A stretch of 64,000 nucleotides of DNA from Squalus acanthias (GCA_030390025.1 CM059432.1:105216001-105280000), one strand, 5' to 3'. Positions 13,553-27,979 are shown, counted from the stretch's first letter. Program-made: numbers and translations. The notes: generated by a model from the sequence alone, not told the origin.

Positions 13553-15080
13553 GGCCGAGATGTTTCATCCAACAGGCTGAAGATGATTGCAAACGCTTCA
13601 GCCTTGTCTTTTGCACAGGTGCTGGGATCCACTATCATTGAGGATGGGAATGTTCATGAAGCCTCCTCCTCCCGTTACTTGTTTAATGATCCACCACCAC
13701 TCACGACTGGATGTGGCAGGACTGCAGAGCTTTGATCTGATCCGTTGGTTGTGGGATCGCTTAGCTCTGTCTATAGCATGCTGCTTCCGTTGTTTAGCAT
13801 GCATGTAGTCATGTGTTGCAGCTTCCTCAGGTTAGCTCCTCATTTTTAGGTACGCCTGGTGCTGCTCCTAGCATGTTCTTCTACACTCCTCATTGAAGGG
13901 TTGGTCCCCTGGCTTGATGGTAATGGCAGAGTGAGGGATATGCCGGGCCATGAGGTTACAGATTATGGTGGAATACAATTGTGCTGCTGCTAATGGCCCA
14001 CAGTACCTCATGGATGCCTAGTTTTGAGCTGCTAGATCTGTTCTGAATCTATCCCATTTAGCACGGTGGTAGTGCCACACAACACGATGGAGGTTGTCCT
14101 CAGTGTGAAACATAGAATCTAGGAGCAGGAGTAGGCCATTCGGCCCGTCGAGCCTGCTCCACCATTCAATACGATCATGGTTGATCATCCAAATCCAGTA
14201 CCCTGTCCCTGCTTTAATCCCCACAGTACACATATCCCATCCTATCCCCATAACCCCACATATTTAATCCTCCCCTAACACTAAGGGTCAATTTATCATA
14301 GCCAAATCAACGTAACCCGCACATTTTTGGACTGTGGGAGGAAACCGGAGCACCCGGAGGAAACCCACGCAGACACGGGGAGAATGTACAAACTCCACAC
14401 AGACAGTCACCCGAGGTTAGATTCGAACCCGGGTCCCTGGCGCTGTGAGGCACCAGTGCTAACCACTATGCCACCGTGTTGCCCTTAAGACGGGACTTCG
14501 TCTCCACAAGGACTGTATGGAGGTCACTGCTACCAATACGGTCATGGACAGATGTATCTGCGACAGGTAGATTGGCGAGGACAAGCTCAAGTAGATTTTT
14601 TCCCTTGGGTTGGTTCTCTCACCACCTGCCACACACCCAGTCTGGCAGCTATGTCCTTCAGGACTTGGCCAGCTCGGTCAGTAGTGGTGCTACCGAGCCA
14701 CTCTTGGTGATGGACATTGAAGTCCCCACCCAGAGTATATTCTGTGCCCTTGCTACCCTCAGTGCTTCTTCTAAGTGGTGGTCAAAATGGAGGAGTACTG
14801 ATTCGTCAGCTGAGGGAGGGCGGTAGGTGGGAATCGGCAGAAGGTTTCCTTGCCCATGCTTGACCTGAAGCCATGAGACTTCATGGGGTCCGGAATCAAT
14901 GTTGAGTACTCTCAGGGCCACTCCTTCCCGATTGTATCGCCTACTCTGTTGGGTCTGTCCTACTGGTGGGACAGGACATACCCAGGGATGGTGATGGAGG
15001 AGCCTGGGACATTGGCTGAAATGTATGATTCTGTGAATATGACTGTCAGGCTGTTGCTTGACTAGTCTGTGGGACAGCTC
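13553..15080 (-). mobile_element. Second CR1-like LINE family, endonuclease/linker region
   Basis: PHEVSWLQVKHGQGNLLPIPTYRPPSADES (APE-like) in ORF 14658-14921; reverse-complement similar to 48835-49947. Confidence 0.8.
14107..14484 (-). mobile_element. Full-length HE1-type V-SINE (tRNA head, V domain, CR1 tail)
   Basis: Minus strand: GGGCAACACGGTGGCATAGTGG (A box)..GGTTCGAATC (B box), then TGTGTGGAGTTTGTACATTCTCCCCGTGTCTGCGTGGGTTTCCTCCGGGTGCTCCGGTTTCCTCCCACA (V domain), then a CR1-like tail; it interrupts the LINE at CAGTGTGAA|AGACGGGAC. Confidence 0.88.
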
Positions 15081-16454
15081 TTCCAGATTTATTCCAGATT
15101 TATTTAATTAACTGAATTTAAATTCCCCAGCTGCCGTGGTGGGATTTGAACTCATGTCTCTGGATTGCTAGTCCAGGCCTCTGGATTACTAGTCCAGTAA
15201 CATAACCATACCCCAACTGCGATTGTTTATGCTGCTCAATTGCACCGATTCATGGGAGATTTTACTTTCGAGCTTATGCAAATGAGTTTGAGTGGAAACC
15301 GAGGCATTACCTTACTTCGGCAAAATCGGCATAGTGGCCAGCGCATTCTCTCGTTATGCCCCTAGCGGAAATTCCAAGCCCTTAAATTTGGTCAAAATCC
15401 AAAAAAGCATTTGGTTGTTTTGCAGTAGTTGAGATGCCAAAAATACAAGATTAAATGCAAGAGCGGAGGAGAAATTTCTTAACACAGAAAGTTGAGGCTG
15501 TGGAACTCACTTCCAGGATTAGTGGTTTTGGTAGAAACTATTTTAACGTTTACCATTACAATGGATTGGTGGAAAGGATATGGGAACAGGGTGGGTAAAT
15601 GTGATTATAACTATTTTTTGAGCGGAAACGCCAACATGGACTGGTTGGGCCGAGTGACCCATTTCAGTGTAGTAACATCTATGTATTTCTATACAGTTAG
15701 TTACAATATGGTATAGTAAGAGACATGAAAGAGTATTCAAGGATGGAAAAATTACCCTGCAAGGCAAATAATGCAACGTCCTCTTTTATTACTGCATTCT
15801 CCACATACTGCAGTTTGATCTGGTGCAATTGAAAGTAGTGGGGATGGGTATTGAAGGAGGTTAAATCACAATTTAGCAGACACTGTGATCAACTAGAGAT
15901 ACAGAGGGAAGATTCTGTTGTAGAAGTCTGAATATCCTCTATTTAGAACTTCCAGGTCTGATGGTAAAAGCCAAAGCAGTGGTCTACCGAGTTCTGAAAT
16001 CTCTCTGGTGCATGGAACTAGTCCATTGGATAGCAAGACTATTCCCAGACCTGTCAGAAAACCAATGTCTGTAACAACTGGTGCTTTAGCAGCAATTGAA
16101 AAGAAAACCAAGACCTTGAAATATGGCAATGATCTACTCGATGTTGTCCATGTGGTCGCTTTAAAAAAAGGTGCTCTGACTATCTGACAAGGGAATAAAT
16201 CAGGTTTGGATATCTAGCTTTGTAGAGTACGTAAAGTTCAAGAGTTTTTCAAACTATCAAGGTAATAAACATCAGGTTTTGGGAACAACAGACAAAGCAA
16301 TAAATGGAATCTTGTGTTTTCCAGAACAGTAGCTAAACAGACCCCAAAAATCAAACCACCACCCCAAGGTCAAAAAAACAATTCAAATTCTACAAACCAG
16401 CATCAACAAATTTTGCACCGAAGCATGCAATACTGTAATATGCAGCATCACAGT

Positions 16455-17030
16455 ATGATACAGCACAACAGGAGGCCATATGGCCCATTGTGCTGTGCCA
16501 GCTCCTTGGTAAAGCTATCCAATTAGTCCCACTACCCTGATCTTTCCAGATAGTCCTGTAAATTTTTTCCTTTAAATATTTATCCAATTCCCTTTTGAAT
16601 GATACTATTTAATCTGCTTCCACACCCACTTCAGGCAGTGTATTCCAGATCATAACCACTCGCTGCGTAAAAAAAATTGTTTCCGTATGTCACCTCTAGT
16701 TCTTTTGCCAATCACCTTAAATCTGTGTCCTTTGGTTACAGACCCTTCTGCCACTGGAAACAGTTTCTCCTTATTTACCCTATCAAAACCATTCATGAGT
16801 TTGAACACTTCCATCAAATCTTTTCTTAACCTTCTCTGCTCTAAAGGAGAACAACCCCAGCTTCTCCAGTCTCTCCATATAATGATGAAGTCTCGCATCC
16901 CTGGTACCATTCTAGTAAATCTCTTTTGCACCCTCTCTAAGGCCTTGACATCCTTCCTAAAGTGTGGTGCCTAGAATTGCCCACAATACTCCAGCTGGGG
17001 CCTAACCAGTGTTTTATAAAGGTCTGGCAT
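16455..17030 (-). mobile_element. 5'-truncated CR1
   Basis: QKRFTRMVPGM..LEQRRLRKDLMEVFK..VTKGHRFKV in ORF 16650-16931. Confidence 0.9.
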
Positions 17031-17591
17031 AAATCAATTTATCAACGAGATTAAGTTAATCCTGCATCAACTTTCTACATATCCCAACATATAACCAAAG
17101 TTAGAAGAAATAAGGACGTTATACGGCTTTTAAGGACAATAGAATTTCTTGAAGGTTACAGTGCTTAAAATGAGCAATCATAAAACTTGCAAAAAATAAT
17201 TGTGAAAACTGATCAGATTAGTAATAGATGAACTATCAAATAGGCGAAGATAAACTTGACTCAAAATAGGCACTCTTGTACAGGAAGACAAGTCCCTATT
17301 AAGCAGAACTGAAAATGCAATTGCTTACTTTCCCAATAAGCGATAGCCCAGATTGTCATAGGGTTAGAGGATGGGGATAATGGACCAGGGTGCACAGGCA
17401 TAACTCAATCCTCATTTTAAAGTCATATATTCTGTCCTTATTTTAATATTTGCATTATAAATGCATATATCCACATTTATAATAGCAATTGGCTATGTAA
17501 GTGTGTGACATTGTAACTACACCCTCCTGCCATTTATAATAGAAAAAGTTGACAGGACATGCGTGCAGACGGAAAATGTTTTATACACATT

Positions 17592-18358
17592 GGCCCAAAA
17601 ATTCGGCCGAAAACGGCTGAGTACTCAGTGCGTACTCACCCGTATTCGTTCCCGAAGTGCCGGTTTCTTGCATGCACAGTGCCTGCGCGGAAAACCGGCA
17701 CTTCCGGTATGGCGAAGGGGGCGGTTCCTAGGTGAACCGCATGCGCACTAGAGGCTGCGCGCACGCAGCACACTTAGGTTTTTTTTCAGGTTTCAACGCG
17801 AGGGTAAGTATGGAAGATTCTACACAAGTAAAAAGGAGGCGTAAGACCCCTTTTGAACAAGGTAAGTAGTTAATTAAGTATAATTTTTAATTTTTTTCAA
17901 CAGGTTTATCTTTTTTTTTAGAGACTTTAAAGAAAGGTAAGTTTATTTTTATAACTTTTAAATTTTTTTTCAATTTTTTTCAAAAATTTAAATTTTTGTT
18001 TAAAGTGGTTAATTTATTTAACTATAGTTATTTTATTAATGTGATGGTTTTTAAAAAAAAATTATTTGAGGTTTAGCTGTTCTTTTGGGGCCTCTTTCAA
18101 TTCAGATTTGACAGGTCTCCTGTCAAATCTATGAATGAAAGATAGTCTGCTGCCATTGGCTCTCCATGGCCCACGTGATCCCAGAGGTCGCATCACACTA
18201 ACTGCGCCCCTGGGACATGCACACACTGCGCGCCGGCACTAGGGAGAGGCCCAGGACCCGAAGTTCCTGCGGGGGCAAACAAGGACGGCAGACGCGGTAT
18301 GTGATATCGCGCGCGATCCTTACCCCCGCGGCAAGCCTCCGAGTCAAATTTCTGGGCC
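17592..18358 (+). mobile_element. Harbinger/PHIS-type MITE, AT-core group
   Basis: GGCCCAAAAATT..AATTTCTGGGCC, TSD ATT on both sides, near copy of 7782-8546. Confidence 0.92.
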
Positions 18359-19584
18359 ATTAAATTTGAGACACAAGTTGTGTGTTTTATTGAAAACTTG
18401 TTATAAGTACCTGTTGCTCTGTAGGTGATGCTAGGATAGGCATTTTCAATGCTAAAGGAAAACACATTAGCTGTTATTTTATAGTTTCAGTATTTTACTC
18501 AGATTGTGCAATCTGGTCACCAGGATCCCATAAATCACTCAAAATGCTTTCTGAATGTTCTTTTCCTCAGTTACTGAAATGTACCCAAAATAAGCGATGT
18601 AACAAGTAAAAAAAACCAACTTCATTAAATTCATCATTTATCCATTGAATTGTCCTTAATGCCTTCATTAGAGTTTTTACTTGAAGGCCTCAACTTCTCC
18701 CAAAAGCTTGGGCTTGGTATCTTTGCCCAGAGCCGTGACAGAGCTGAATTTGAATTGTACAGTGCAGAACATGTGCAATGTATAAATTTCCCCGAATGGA
18801 TCAGTATCAGTCAGCTGAACTGATGGGATATCCCTAGCACCTGCTGCCAAGTAGCTATTCTTCAAATAATTTTGAAATACAATGAGAAATTTCAATAGTA
18901 TTACTGAGTTAATTCTTATATTGTGATTTTTTTTTTTTAAAAAGAGGCTGAATTAGAATGAGAAAAATTACTTCTGATGACTGGTTGTACTTTTGTTTTG
19001 CATTCTATAAACCTTAGAAAGCACATTAATCCAAGGGAAAGGGTTTGTGTTTAGGAACATAGGAATGTGCAGGACCTGAAAAGACCATTTCACTCGATCT
19101 GACCAACCCCAAATGTCGGCCCAATTCTTTCTTAAAATTACTAATGTTATCAGACTTGATCTCCTTCCTGGGTAGTCTATTCCAAACATTCACACCCTCT
19201 GTGAAATAGTTATATGTGATTTGTCTGTTCACCTTCCCTCTTCTGAGTCTCATCCCATGCACCTCTCGTCATTCTCTAGGCCATGATAAACAGTTTGTCG
19301 TCGATTCACTTAAGGATCTTTAATACCTCTAAAGATCCCGAGTTTGCTCTTCTCCAGTGTAAGCAATCTCAACTCTGTAGTCAAAAGTATCTGATGCCAG
19401 ATAGGTAGGAAGCCCTTCGCTGAATCTTTTCCAATGCCATGTCCTTCCTACAATATGGTGACCCGATCTGCACACAGTATCCCAGATGGGGGTTGAACCA
19501 ATGTCTTGCATAGTATCAGTATCACATCTTGTGATGTGTTCAATTTCAATTCCATGTGCTATACAAGCCAAGATCGTTTATACC

Positions 19585-19760
19585 ACCCATGGTCATTATC
19601 ACATTGCTGGTTGTGGGATCTTGTTGTGTGCAAATTGGCTGCCACGTTTCCTACATTACAACAGTGACTATACTTCAAGAGTACTTCATTGGCTGTAAAG
19701 TGCTTTGGGACATCCTGAGGTTGTGAAAGGCGCTATATAAATGCAAGTCTTTCTTTCTTT
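19585..19760 (+). mobile_element. SINE 3' fragment with L2-type tail (DeuSINE-like)
   Basis: GTAAAGTGCTTTGGGACATCCTGAGGTTGTGAAAGGCGCTATATAAATGCAAG(TCTT)n; similar inverted copy at 25560-25740. Confidence 0.65.
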
Positions 19761-20306
19761 CACTGCACACTGTTCAGACGGTTTCAAAGAACTGTCCACC
19801 CATACCCACAAAATCGTTTTCCTGTGCTGTATTCTGTAGGGTAACACCACTAGTTTACAGTTGGTGTTTATTATCTTACCCTAGTCTCATCACTTTGCAT
19901 TTATCGAAACTGAACTTCAGTTGCCATTTCTCAGCCGAACTTCCCAATTGATCTAGAATACTCTCTACCTTTTCAGCCTGCTTCATTGTTTGTAAACCCC
20001 CCTCCCCAGCAAATTTTGACAACTTTGTCTCTATCCCCACTTTAAAATCATTTAATATAAATGGCACGGATCCTTGGAGCACCCCACAAGTCACTTCCTG
20101 TCACTCTGACGCAGATCCACAAACAACCATCTTCCATCTCATATAATGCAGCCAGTTGACAACCCAATTCAATAACTACCCACCTATTCAGTGCTTTTCT
20201 ACCTTCTGGACCAAGCTTCTTTGTGGTGCAGTATCAAAAATCTAGATAAACAAGGTCCACCGAGTTCCCTGCATGCATAAGCTCCAGTACCTGCTCAAAT
20301 AATTCT

Positions 20307-22535
20307 AACATAGAAACGGAAAAATAGGAGCAGGAGTAGGCCATTCGGCCCTTCGAGCCTGCTCTGCCATTCAATATGATCATGGCTGATCCTCTATCTC
20401 AATACCATATTCCCGCTCTCTCCCCATACCCCTTGATGCCTTTTGTGTCTAGAAATCTATCTATCTCCTTCTTAAATATATTCAGTGACTTGGCCTCCAC
20501 AGCCTTCTGTGATAGAGAATTCCATAGGTTCACCACCCTCTGAGTGAAGAAATTTCTCCTCATCTCAGTCCTAAATGTCCTACCCCGTATTCTGAGTCTG
20601 TGAGCCCTCATTCTAGATGCCCCAGCCAGGGGAAACATCCTCCCTGCATCCAGTCTGTCTAGCCCTGTCAGAATTCTATACGTGTCAATGAGATCCCGTC
20701 TCATTCTTCTAAACTCTAGTGAATACAGGCCTAGTCGACCCAATCTCTCCTCATACGACAGTCCTGCCATCCCAGGAATCAGTCTGGTGAACCTTCGCTG
20801 CACTCCCTCTATGGCAAGTGTATCCTTTCTTAGGTAAGGAGACCAAAACTGCACACAGTACTCCAGGTGTGGTCTCACCAAGGCCCTGTATAACTGTAGT
20901 AAGACATCCTTGCTCCTGTATTCTCATCCTCTTGCAATGAAGGCCAACATATCATTTGCCTTGCTAACTGCTTGCTACACCTGCATGTTTGCTTTCAGTG
21001 ACTGGTGTACAAGAAAACACAGGTCCCTCTCTACATCAACATTTCCCAATCTATCACCATTTAAATAATACTCTACCTTTCTGTTTTTCCTACCGAAGTG
21101 GATAACTTCACATTTATCCACGTTATACTGCATCTGCCATGTATTTGTCCACTCACTCAACTTGTCTAAATCGCCTTAAAGCCTCTTTGCATCCTCCTCA
21201 CAACTCACAATCCCACCTAGTTTCGTGTCATCAGCAAACTTTTGTTATTACATTTGATTCCCTCATCCAAATCATTGATATATATTGTGAATAGCTGGGG
21301 CCCAAGCACTGATCCCTGCGGTACCCCACTAGTCACCGCCTGCCACCTCGAAAAAGACCCATTTATTCCTACTCTCTGTTTCCTGTCTGTTAACCAATTT
21401 TCAATCCATGCCCGTATATTACCCCGAATCCCATGTGCTTTAATTTTGCACACTAACCTCTTATGTGGGACTTTATCAAAGGCCTTCTGAAAATCCAAAT
21501 ACACCACATCCACTGGTTCTCCTTTATCTATTCTACCAGTTACATCCTCAAAAAACTCCAGTAGGTTTGTCAAACACGATTTCCCTTTCATAAATCCATG
21601 TTGACTTTGTCTAATCCCGTTGATATTTTCTAAGTGTCCTGTTATCACATCCTTTATAATAGACTCTAGCATTTTCCCTACTACTGATGTTAGGCTAACC
21701 AGTCTGTAGTTCCCTGTTTTCTCTCCCTCCTTTTTTAAATAGTGGGGTTACATTTGCCACCCTCCAATCTGCAGGAACTGTTCCATAATTAGAATTTTGG
21801 AAGATGACAACCAATGCATTCACTATTTCCATGGCTACCTCTTAGTATTCTGGGATGCAGATTATCAGGCCCTGGGGATTTATTGGCTTTCAGTCCAATT
21901 AATTTCTCTAGCACTATTTTTTTTTACTAATACTAATTTCCTTTAATTCCTCCTTCTCACTAGACCCTTGGTTCCCTAGCATTTCTGGGAAGTTATTTGT
22001 GTCCTCTTCCGTGAAGTCAGAACCATAGTATTTGTTTAATTGCCCTGCCATTTCCTTGATCCCCATTATAAATTCTCCCGTTTCTGACTGTAAGGGATCT
22101 ACATTTGTCTTCACTAATCTTTTTCTTTTTACATACTGGTAGAAGCTTTTACAATCCGCTTTTATGTTCCTGGCAAGTTTACTCTCACACTATATTTTTC
22201 CCCTCTTAATCAATCTCTTGGTCCTTTTTTGCTGAATTCTAAACTGCTCCCAATCCTCAGGCTTGCTACTTTTTCTGGCAACTTTATATGACTCCTCTTT
22301 GGATCGAATACTATCCTTAATTTCTTTTGTTAGCCATGGTTGGGCCGCTTTTGCTTTTGTGTTTTTGCGCCAGAAAGGAATGTATAACTGTTGCAATTCA
22401 TGCATTCGTTCCTTAAATGTTAGCCATTGCCTATCCACCGTCAAGCCTTTTAATGAAGCTCCCCAATTTATCATCGCCAACTCACTACTCATACCTTTGT
22501 AGTTTCCTTTGTTTAGATTTAGGACCCTAGTTTCA
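20307..22535 (-). mobile_element. 5'-truncated CR1 (HER1-like) ORF2, frameshifted
   Basis: [64 protein letters not shown]1 3' tail. Confidence 0.95.
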
Positions 22536-25500
22536 GGACCCAGGTTTGTCCAGCATGATACTGCGCCCCCATTAAAACCATGCTGAGTTCATAAATCGAG
22601 GTATTTCACGACAGCTTTTTTTAAACCCGTGACAAATGTCAGATTCATTACACTAACTTCCCAGACATCCGTTTTGCCCTTTATAAAAAAATATTAAAAC
22701 AGTGTTCAGGTTCCCTCCTCTCCAATCCTTGGTACAACTCGCAACTCTAACGATTCCCTAAAGATCCATGCCATGGATGCAGGCCATCGAGCCCTAGGGT
22801 CTTAATCCCCTTATAAAAGTGATTACTATTGTCTGTAAAATTTGAGGAAGAAAATTTTTATTTGTCAAATATATAAATAGGTACAACCACTGGCAAATGT
22901 AAAATTGGTAGTAACTCTTAAAACTAGCATTTAAAGATATTTCAGTGACAAATTTACAAAATACATTATTTTACACAAGGTATCTCAATACTGTGGGACA
23001 GGCTGGATGGACCAAAGGGTCTTTTCCAGTCCGTCATTGTTCGTATGTTTTGCTGGTGTCAAAAACAGATGAGACAAGCATAATTAAGAGATTGTACAAT
23101 CATTTATCTTGGTCAGAAGCACTTTTAGAAGATACATAGGAGGCTTCGTAAGAACCAATACATTTGAAAATAAGAACCATTTACTACTGTTGCAGTTTAA
23201 AAACCCTACATTGTGGCACACATCATGCTCTAGCTATTTAATGTTACAATCAGTAAGCAGACAGACTGGGTAGTATTCTTTAAGGGTATTGACAGTGTTG
23301 TGGATTCACTATCAGAGTCTCTCAAGTGTAAAATTAATATCCACTACTAGATCATGTTAGTTTTTCAGTGACATTCTAAAAACAGAAAAAGTTATAAATT
23401 AAATTAGTGTGCTGTATATTAAATGTGACAAGATGATTCCAAAGGGTAACTTGTTCCCACCCACAACATAAAAGTGACAAGATTATTCATCTATAGACGC
23501 CTTAAATCTATCCAATTTACTACAATGAAATACAGTAGTTACAAAGCCACTTTAAAATCACCCATCTCCCACCCCCAGAAAAAAATTTGATGCATATTTT
23601 AATAAAAAATGAACTGAAAATACTTCTCGTGTTCTGATGACTCAACAAGTTCATGGAGTGAGATCAGCCACATAGACCAGACCAGGTTCAATCCTTTGTC
23701 TGTGCAGAGACGGCTCAGCCACAACTGGTAGGGGCACTAGAATTGGATTTAGCTCCTCCGGGGGTGGGGGGGGGGGGGGGAAGTAAAAAAGACAAAATGT
23801 TCACTGCCTTGCCACCCCTGCTGGAAATGGAGGGCAAGATTGGGCTTATCTAGTGATGCTTTGCAGTCAAAATGTCTTTGATATTCACACACGAATAATG
23901 GCCAAATGAGCACGATACCAGAAGTGCCCGTTGCTTGTGGCACATATACCTGCAAGGAGTCAAGACTTCAGGAGGGGAGGGGTGAAAATGGTCAAAAAAC
24001 TTGAGTGAAATCTAAAAAGAAAAAGCACTTCTCTGAACTGCTATAGCACATTTCTACAAATTTTATGTTGGTCCTAATCCCTTTAAAATACACAAGTTAG
24101 GATCTAAATTCAATTACATTAAGCAATTTAAAATGTGAGACAATCACTGAGATCTGCGAAGAACACAAAGTCCTATCGCAATCAGCCAGAATTGGCTAGA
24201 TGTCTTTTCACCAATTTTCCCTTTAATTACTTTTGGCTTTTTGCATACCACTTTCATTACTAGCACTACAAGAGAGACTCCTGGGCTTTGAATAATTAGC
24301 GTTGTAAAAATAACATTTACAAAAGGGCAAATGCAGTCTAAACAGAACTACCCATTGGGGCCGATAACATCTATTACTGATAGCAGGGCACTCATTTGGT
24401 AGGTTATGCAAGTGCATGTTCAGTACAATAATCTATAATGTTAATTCATTAAAAACAGAATTCTGAATGCTAAAACATTTTAGTTATATCAGCAAAGTTG
24501 TTACTTTTGATACACAAAAGTGTACTTTTAGTTAAATGCAATGTGTAATCTTTCCACAGAGCTGGAATTAGTGACAAATTTAAATCACTAATGCTCTAGT
24601 CCAGACTACTTAAAATGATTAGTCACAGAGGAAATTTATCACATGACTAAACTACCACATCCACCCTTGACAGAATAAAACTGTCTGCGCAGCTCTTTTT
24701 AAAAATGTACATCTTGCACTGATTGTTTGGTTATTCTTGGCTTGTTACAATGCTTACATGATTAAGTTGGTAATCAAATACACAAAAAGAATGTTCCCAG
24801 CATACTCTTTAAACAAAAGCAAGCCACAATGTTTAAGAGATCTTCTCTGATGGCACATTGAACTCAGTTCCTAGTGGGCCCATAGTATAAAACTAATGGT
24901 AATTCAATCTCACGCAATCTATAAAAAGATGTGTGGAAATGTGAAAAATCTGTACTGGTGGAGAAAGGGGTGCTTTTCTGAAGTTTTAGGCTGCAGCTCA
25001 GGCTTATCATTGGGGCTAAATATTGGAAACTTCATTCTGCAGCTGGCGATGCTACACTGGATCCAAAGTTCATTTAAATGTAGCAATGTTTCAACCAAAG
25101 TATCAATGATTATCTAAAATTTAAGAGGTTTATGGTAAATGCACTTTATATTATTGCTCAGCAATGTCAAATAATGTAATAAACTCCACATTAACAAATA
25201 AACTATTAAGTGGAAAGATACAAATCGGAAGTGATGCTATTAGAAATTAGGATAGTTGCCTGGATGTTTAGAAGATTCTGCCAATTTTTCATATATGGAG
25301 CCTCCCTTTCCCATTCATGGTATTTAGAGTATGTGCCAACAACAGCCATACCTTCCTGCCCAAAGGGGAAATGCAGGCTTAAACCAAGTCCTTCTTGCTT
25401 GCACAATAGGTACAGCGTATAGATGGACACTAGCAATGATCTTGGAGTAGATCAGCTCAGCATCTTTAAGTTCAATGGTGGAGTTAGCATTAGGGGGTCC

Positions 25501-26348
25501 TTAAAAGGAGGAATAAAAGTAAAATGTCAATAAAATGTTTGAGTAACTAAAAAGAAAAAAAAGAGATTGCATTTATATAGCACCTTTCACATCCTCAGGA
25601 CATCACAAAGCATTTCACAGTCAACTTAGTTCTGAAATGTAGTTGCTCTTGTAGGCAACCGAGACAGCCAATTTGCACAGAGCAAGGTTCCACAAACAGC
25701 AGTGAGATAAATGACTAGTTAATCTGTTTTGGTAGTGATGAAGTTTATGAAGATGTAATCCTAAATAAAACCCTCACCATTTTTCTGGGAAAAAAAGAGG
25801 AAAGGATATGACTGGTTTGTAGCTAGTACCTTTTGTTTGAAGTGAAAATATGGCAGCAGTGGATTTGCTGATTCAGTAAAATGCAATTGGATTCTTGCTG
25901 CATACTTAACTCCACATCAATTCAGTAGACTGACAGCAAGAAATATTTGTTATGTTTGCACTTCTGCAGTGAAAATGAAGCAATGTTCAGTCTTGATAAA
26001 TCAACTGTAGGCGCATTAATTTTTTATGCCTCTTATCAGCATAGGTACACAGTAGCATTTTTTTCATGTTTTCATTTGATTAATGCCTCAAGTTTATACA
26101 TTTTCAATAAAAATGTTGCTGAACTATTTTCCATTCTGACTGAAAGTTGTTAGTGTTAAAACTCGTCAATTAGTTATTTAGATTGTTTAGATTGCATCCC
26201 AATGAATTTGATTCAATTACTGCTTAATCTTAAAAGTATCAAACCCCCCACAAGAACTCACTTACCATAAGAAAGTCACGATATACTTCAGTTAAAATAT
26301 TGTAAATTAATATTTAAAGTAAAATGTATAGGAAAAATAAAAGATAGT

Positions 26349-27059
26349 GGCCCGGATTTTCCATAAGTGCATACGCAGCCGTAAGTGCCCCGCAAGTTCC
26401 GGGTTTACGCGTGCGCTGCGCATGCACAAAAACCCGGAACTTTTGATCTGTCAAGAATCTTCAACAGATCCTCCACATCACTGGGAAATGGGCATTCGCT
26501 GGCGGAGAGTTGGGCTATTTGCCCAACTCTTGCCCAGCAAATGCCCATGAAACTCTTATGCCTGATAAAAGCAGGCGTAAGGCCTTCTTTTACCAATGCA
26601 AGGGTGAAAATAAATATTAATTTTTTTTAAACCATTTTAAAATTCAAAAACCTGTAAAATAAGTGTGTGTTATTTTTGGCCCCTTGAAAAATGTTTGAAT
26701 TTATTATTCAAAAAATTAAATTTGTTTTAAATGTTTAATTAAATTGTATTTTAATTAATTTTAAATATGTAAATGATTTTTTTAAATTTCAGTGTTGTAA
26801 AAATGTAGTTTTCTGGTGATTCCAATTAAGCTTATGGGGATTCTGTACATAAATGGAATCCCCATAAGTTTAATGGGAATCCGGGCCGGCTCACGTGATC
26901 CCGGGGTGCTTGCGAACCGCCTGCGCCCTGGGATACGTGGGCCTCTATGGAAGCCTGCGCGTAGAGGCCTAGGAGCGCGAGTCTCCATGGATCCAGGACC
27001 ATCAGGTAGGTGCGTAGATTTATTATGGGTCAGAGGCATCTGACCGCAAATTCAGGCCC
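26349..27059 (+). mobile_element. Harbinger/PHIS-type MITE, AT-core group
   Basis: GGCCCGGATTTT..GCAAATTCAGGCCC; flanks AGT/AAT; shares AAAAGCAGGCGTAAG and CACGTGATCCC..CCCTGGGATACGTGGGCC with 1934-2662. Confidence 0.85.
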
Positions 27060-27979
27060 AATATGTGTTGTAAGTTAATACTAAACCAATTAACAAGTTA
27101 TAATTGTGTCTGTGTCTCTGTGTGTAAGGGAAATGAGGGAATGACTTTTAGATCGGATACTTCAACTTTATCCTGTTTGGAGACTTCCTGCAAATGTTGA
27201 CACTTCTGGGACCTTTATCTTAAGTAGCTGATACTGTCCTGGAAATTAACAGTGCTTTTCTTACAGAAAATGTTTTCATTAATACACAGCAACTGAAATA
27301 AGATCCTAGGAGTAATTATCGGACACTGTATTCATCGGCAGCACATACTGGAAATCTGGCTATGTACTGTGCATGATTTTCTGAACATTAATTTAACTGT
27401 TTGGAAAATCATGCAAAGCACATGCCCATAATTCCAATATGCAGTTATTTCATGCAGTCCAAGTCTATTAGTGTTAATGGATGAAAATCAGCCAATCTGG
27501 ACATACCACTAATAATGCTCAATGCTTCTCTTCAATTAGCAGTTAAATGATATAAGTCACAAATAATTCTCAAGTCAATTGGCCAAGTGTACAAACCTTT
27601 GATAAAAATGAAACAAAAAGAGAGCTCAAAGCCCATTTTATAGATGATGACATGGAAGTCTTCGTTGACAATTTCCTGAAATGCAATGAATCTTTTAGTC
27701 CAAGGACCTGACTCGGAACATACCCTGGACTGAGCAAGCCTGGCAATAAATCTCTGTTCAACCCATGGTGACCACTTTCAGGACCTGGGAGATAGTGCAA
27801 AAAGAAGAAGTTTTATGACTTGAAAAGGAGCACAAAGGAAGGCAAGAATATCAGCCTGTCCTAACATGGATATGAGGGGCATAAAAGAGTGATAATTCTT
27901 AAGTTTCAGCTAAAAGTACGAATGTCAGGAGGCACATGAGGCTGTCCCGATATGGATATGATAGGCACACATTGGATAT

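Larger units (their letters stand above)
19050..22830 (-). mobile_element. Old degenerate CR1, split by a SINE tail (19585-19760) and a younger CR1 (20307-22535)
   Basis: GVLQGSV..LSKFA..WQLKFSFDKCKVMRLG (ORF 19876-20094); SCWTNL (~22540-22560) rejoins LELFEQVL (~20285-20305) across the younger insertion. Confidence 0.7.

Noticed and set aside
14400..14484. tRNA gene
   Set aside because: The A/B boxes belong to the SINE head and continue into the V domain and CR1 tail.
15893..16129. 78-aa minus ORF as a candidate terminal SAMD12 exon (phase compatible after ..ctaaag)
   Set aside because: Weak acceptor, no recognisable homology, and ORFs of this length occur by chance; would need RNA-seq.
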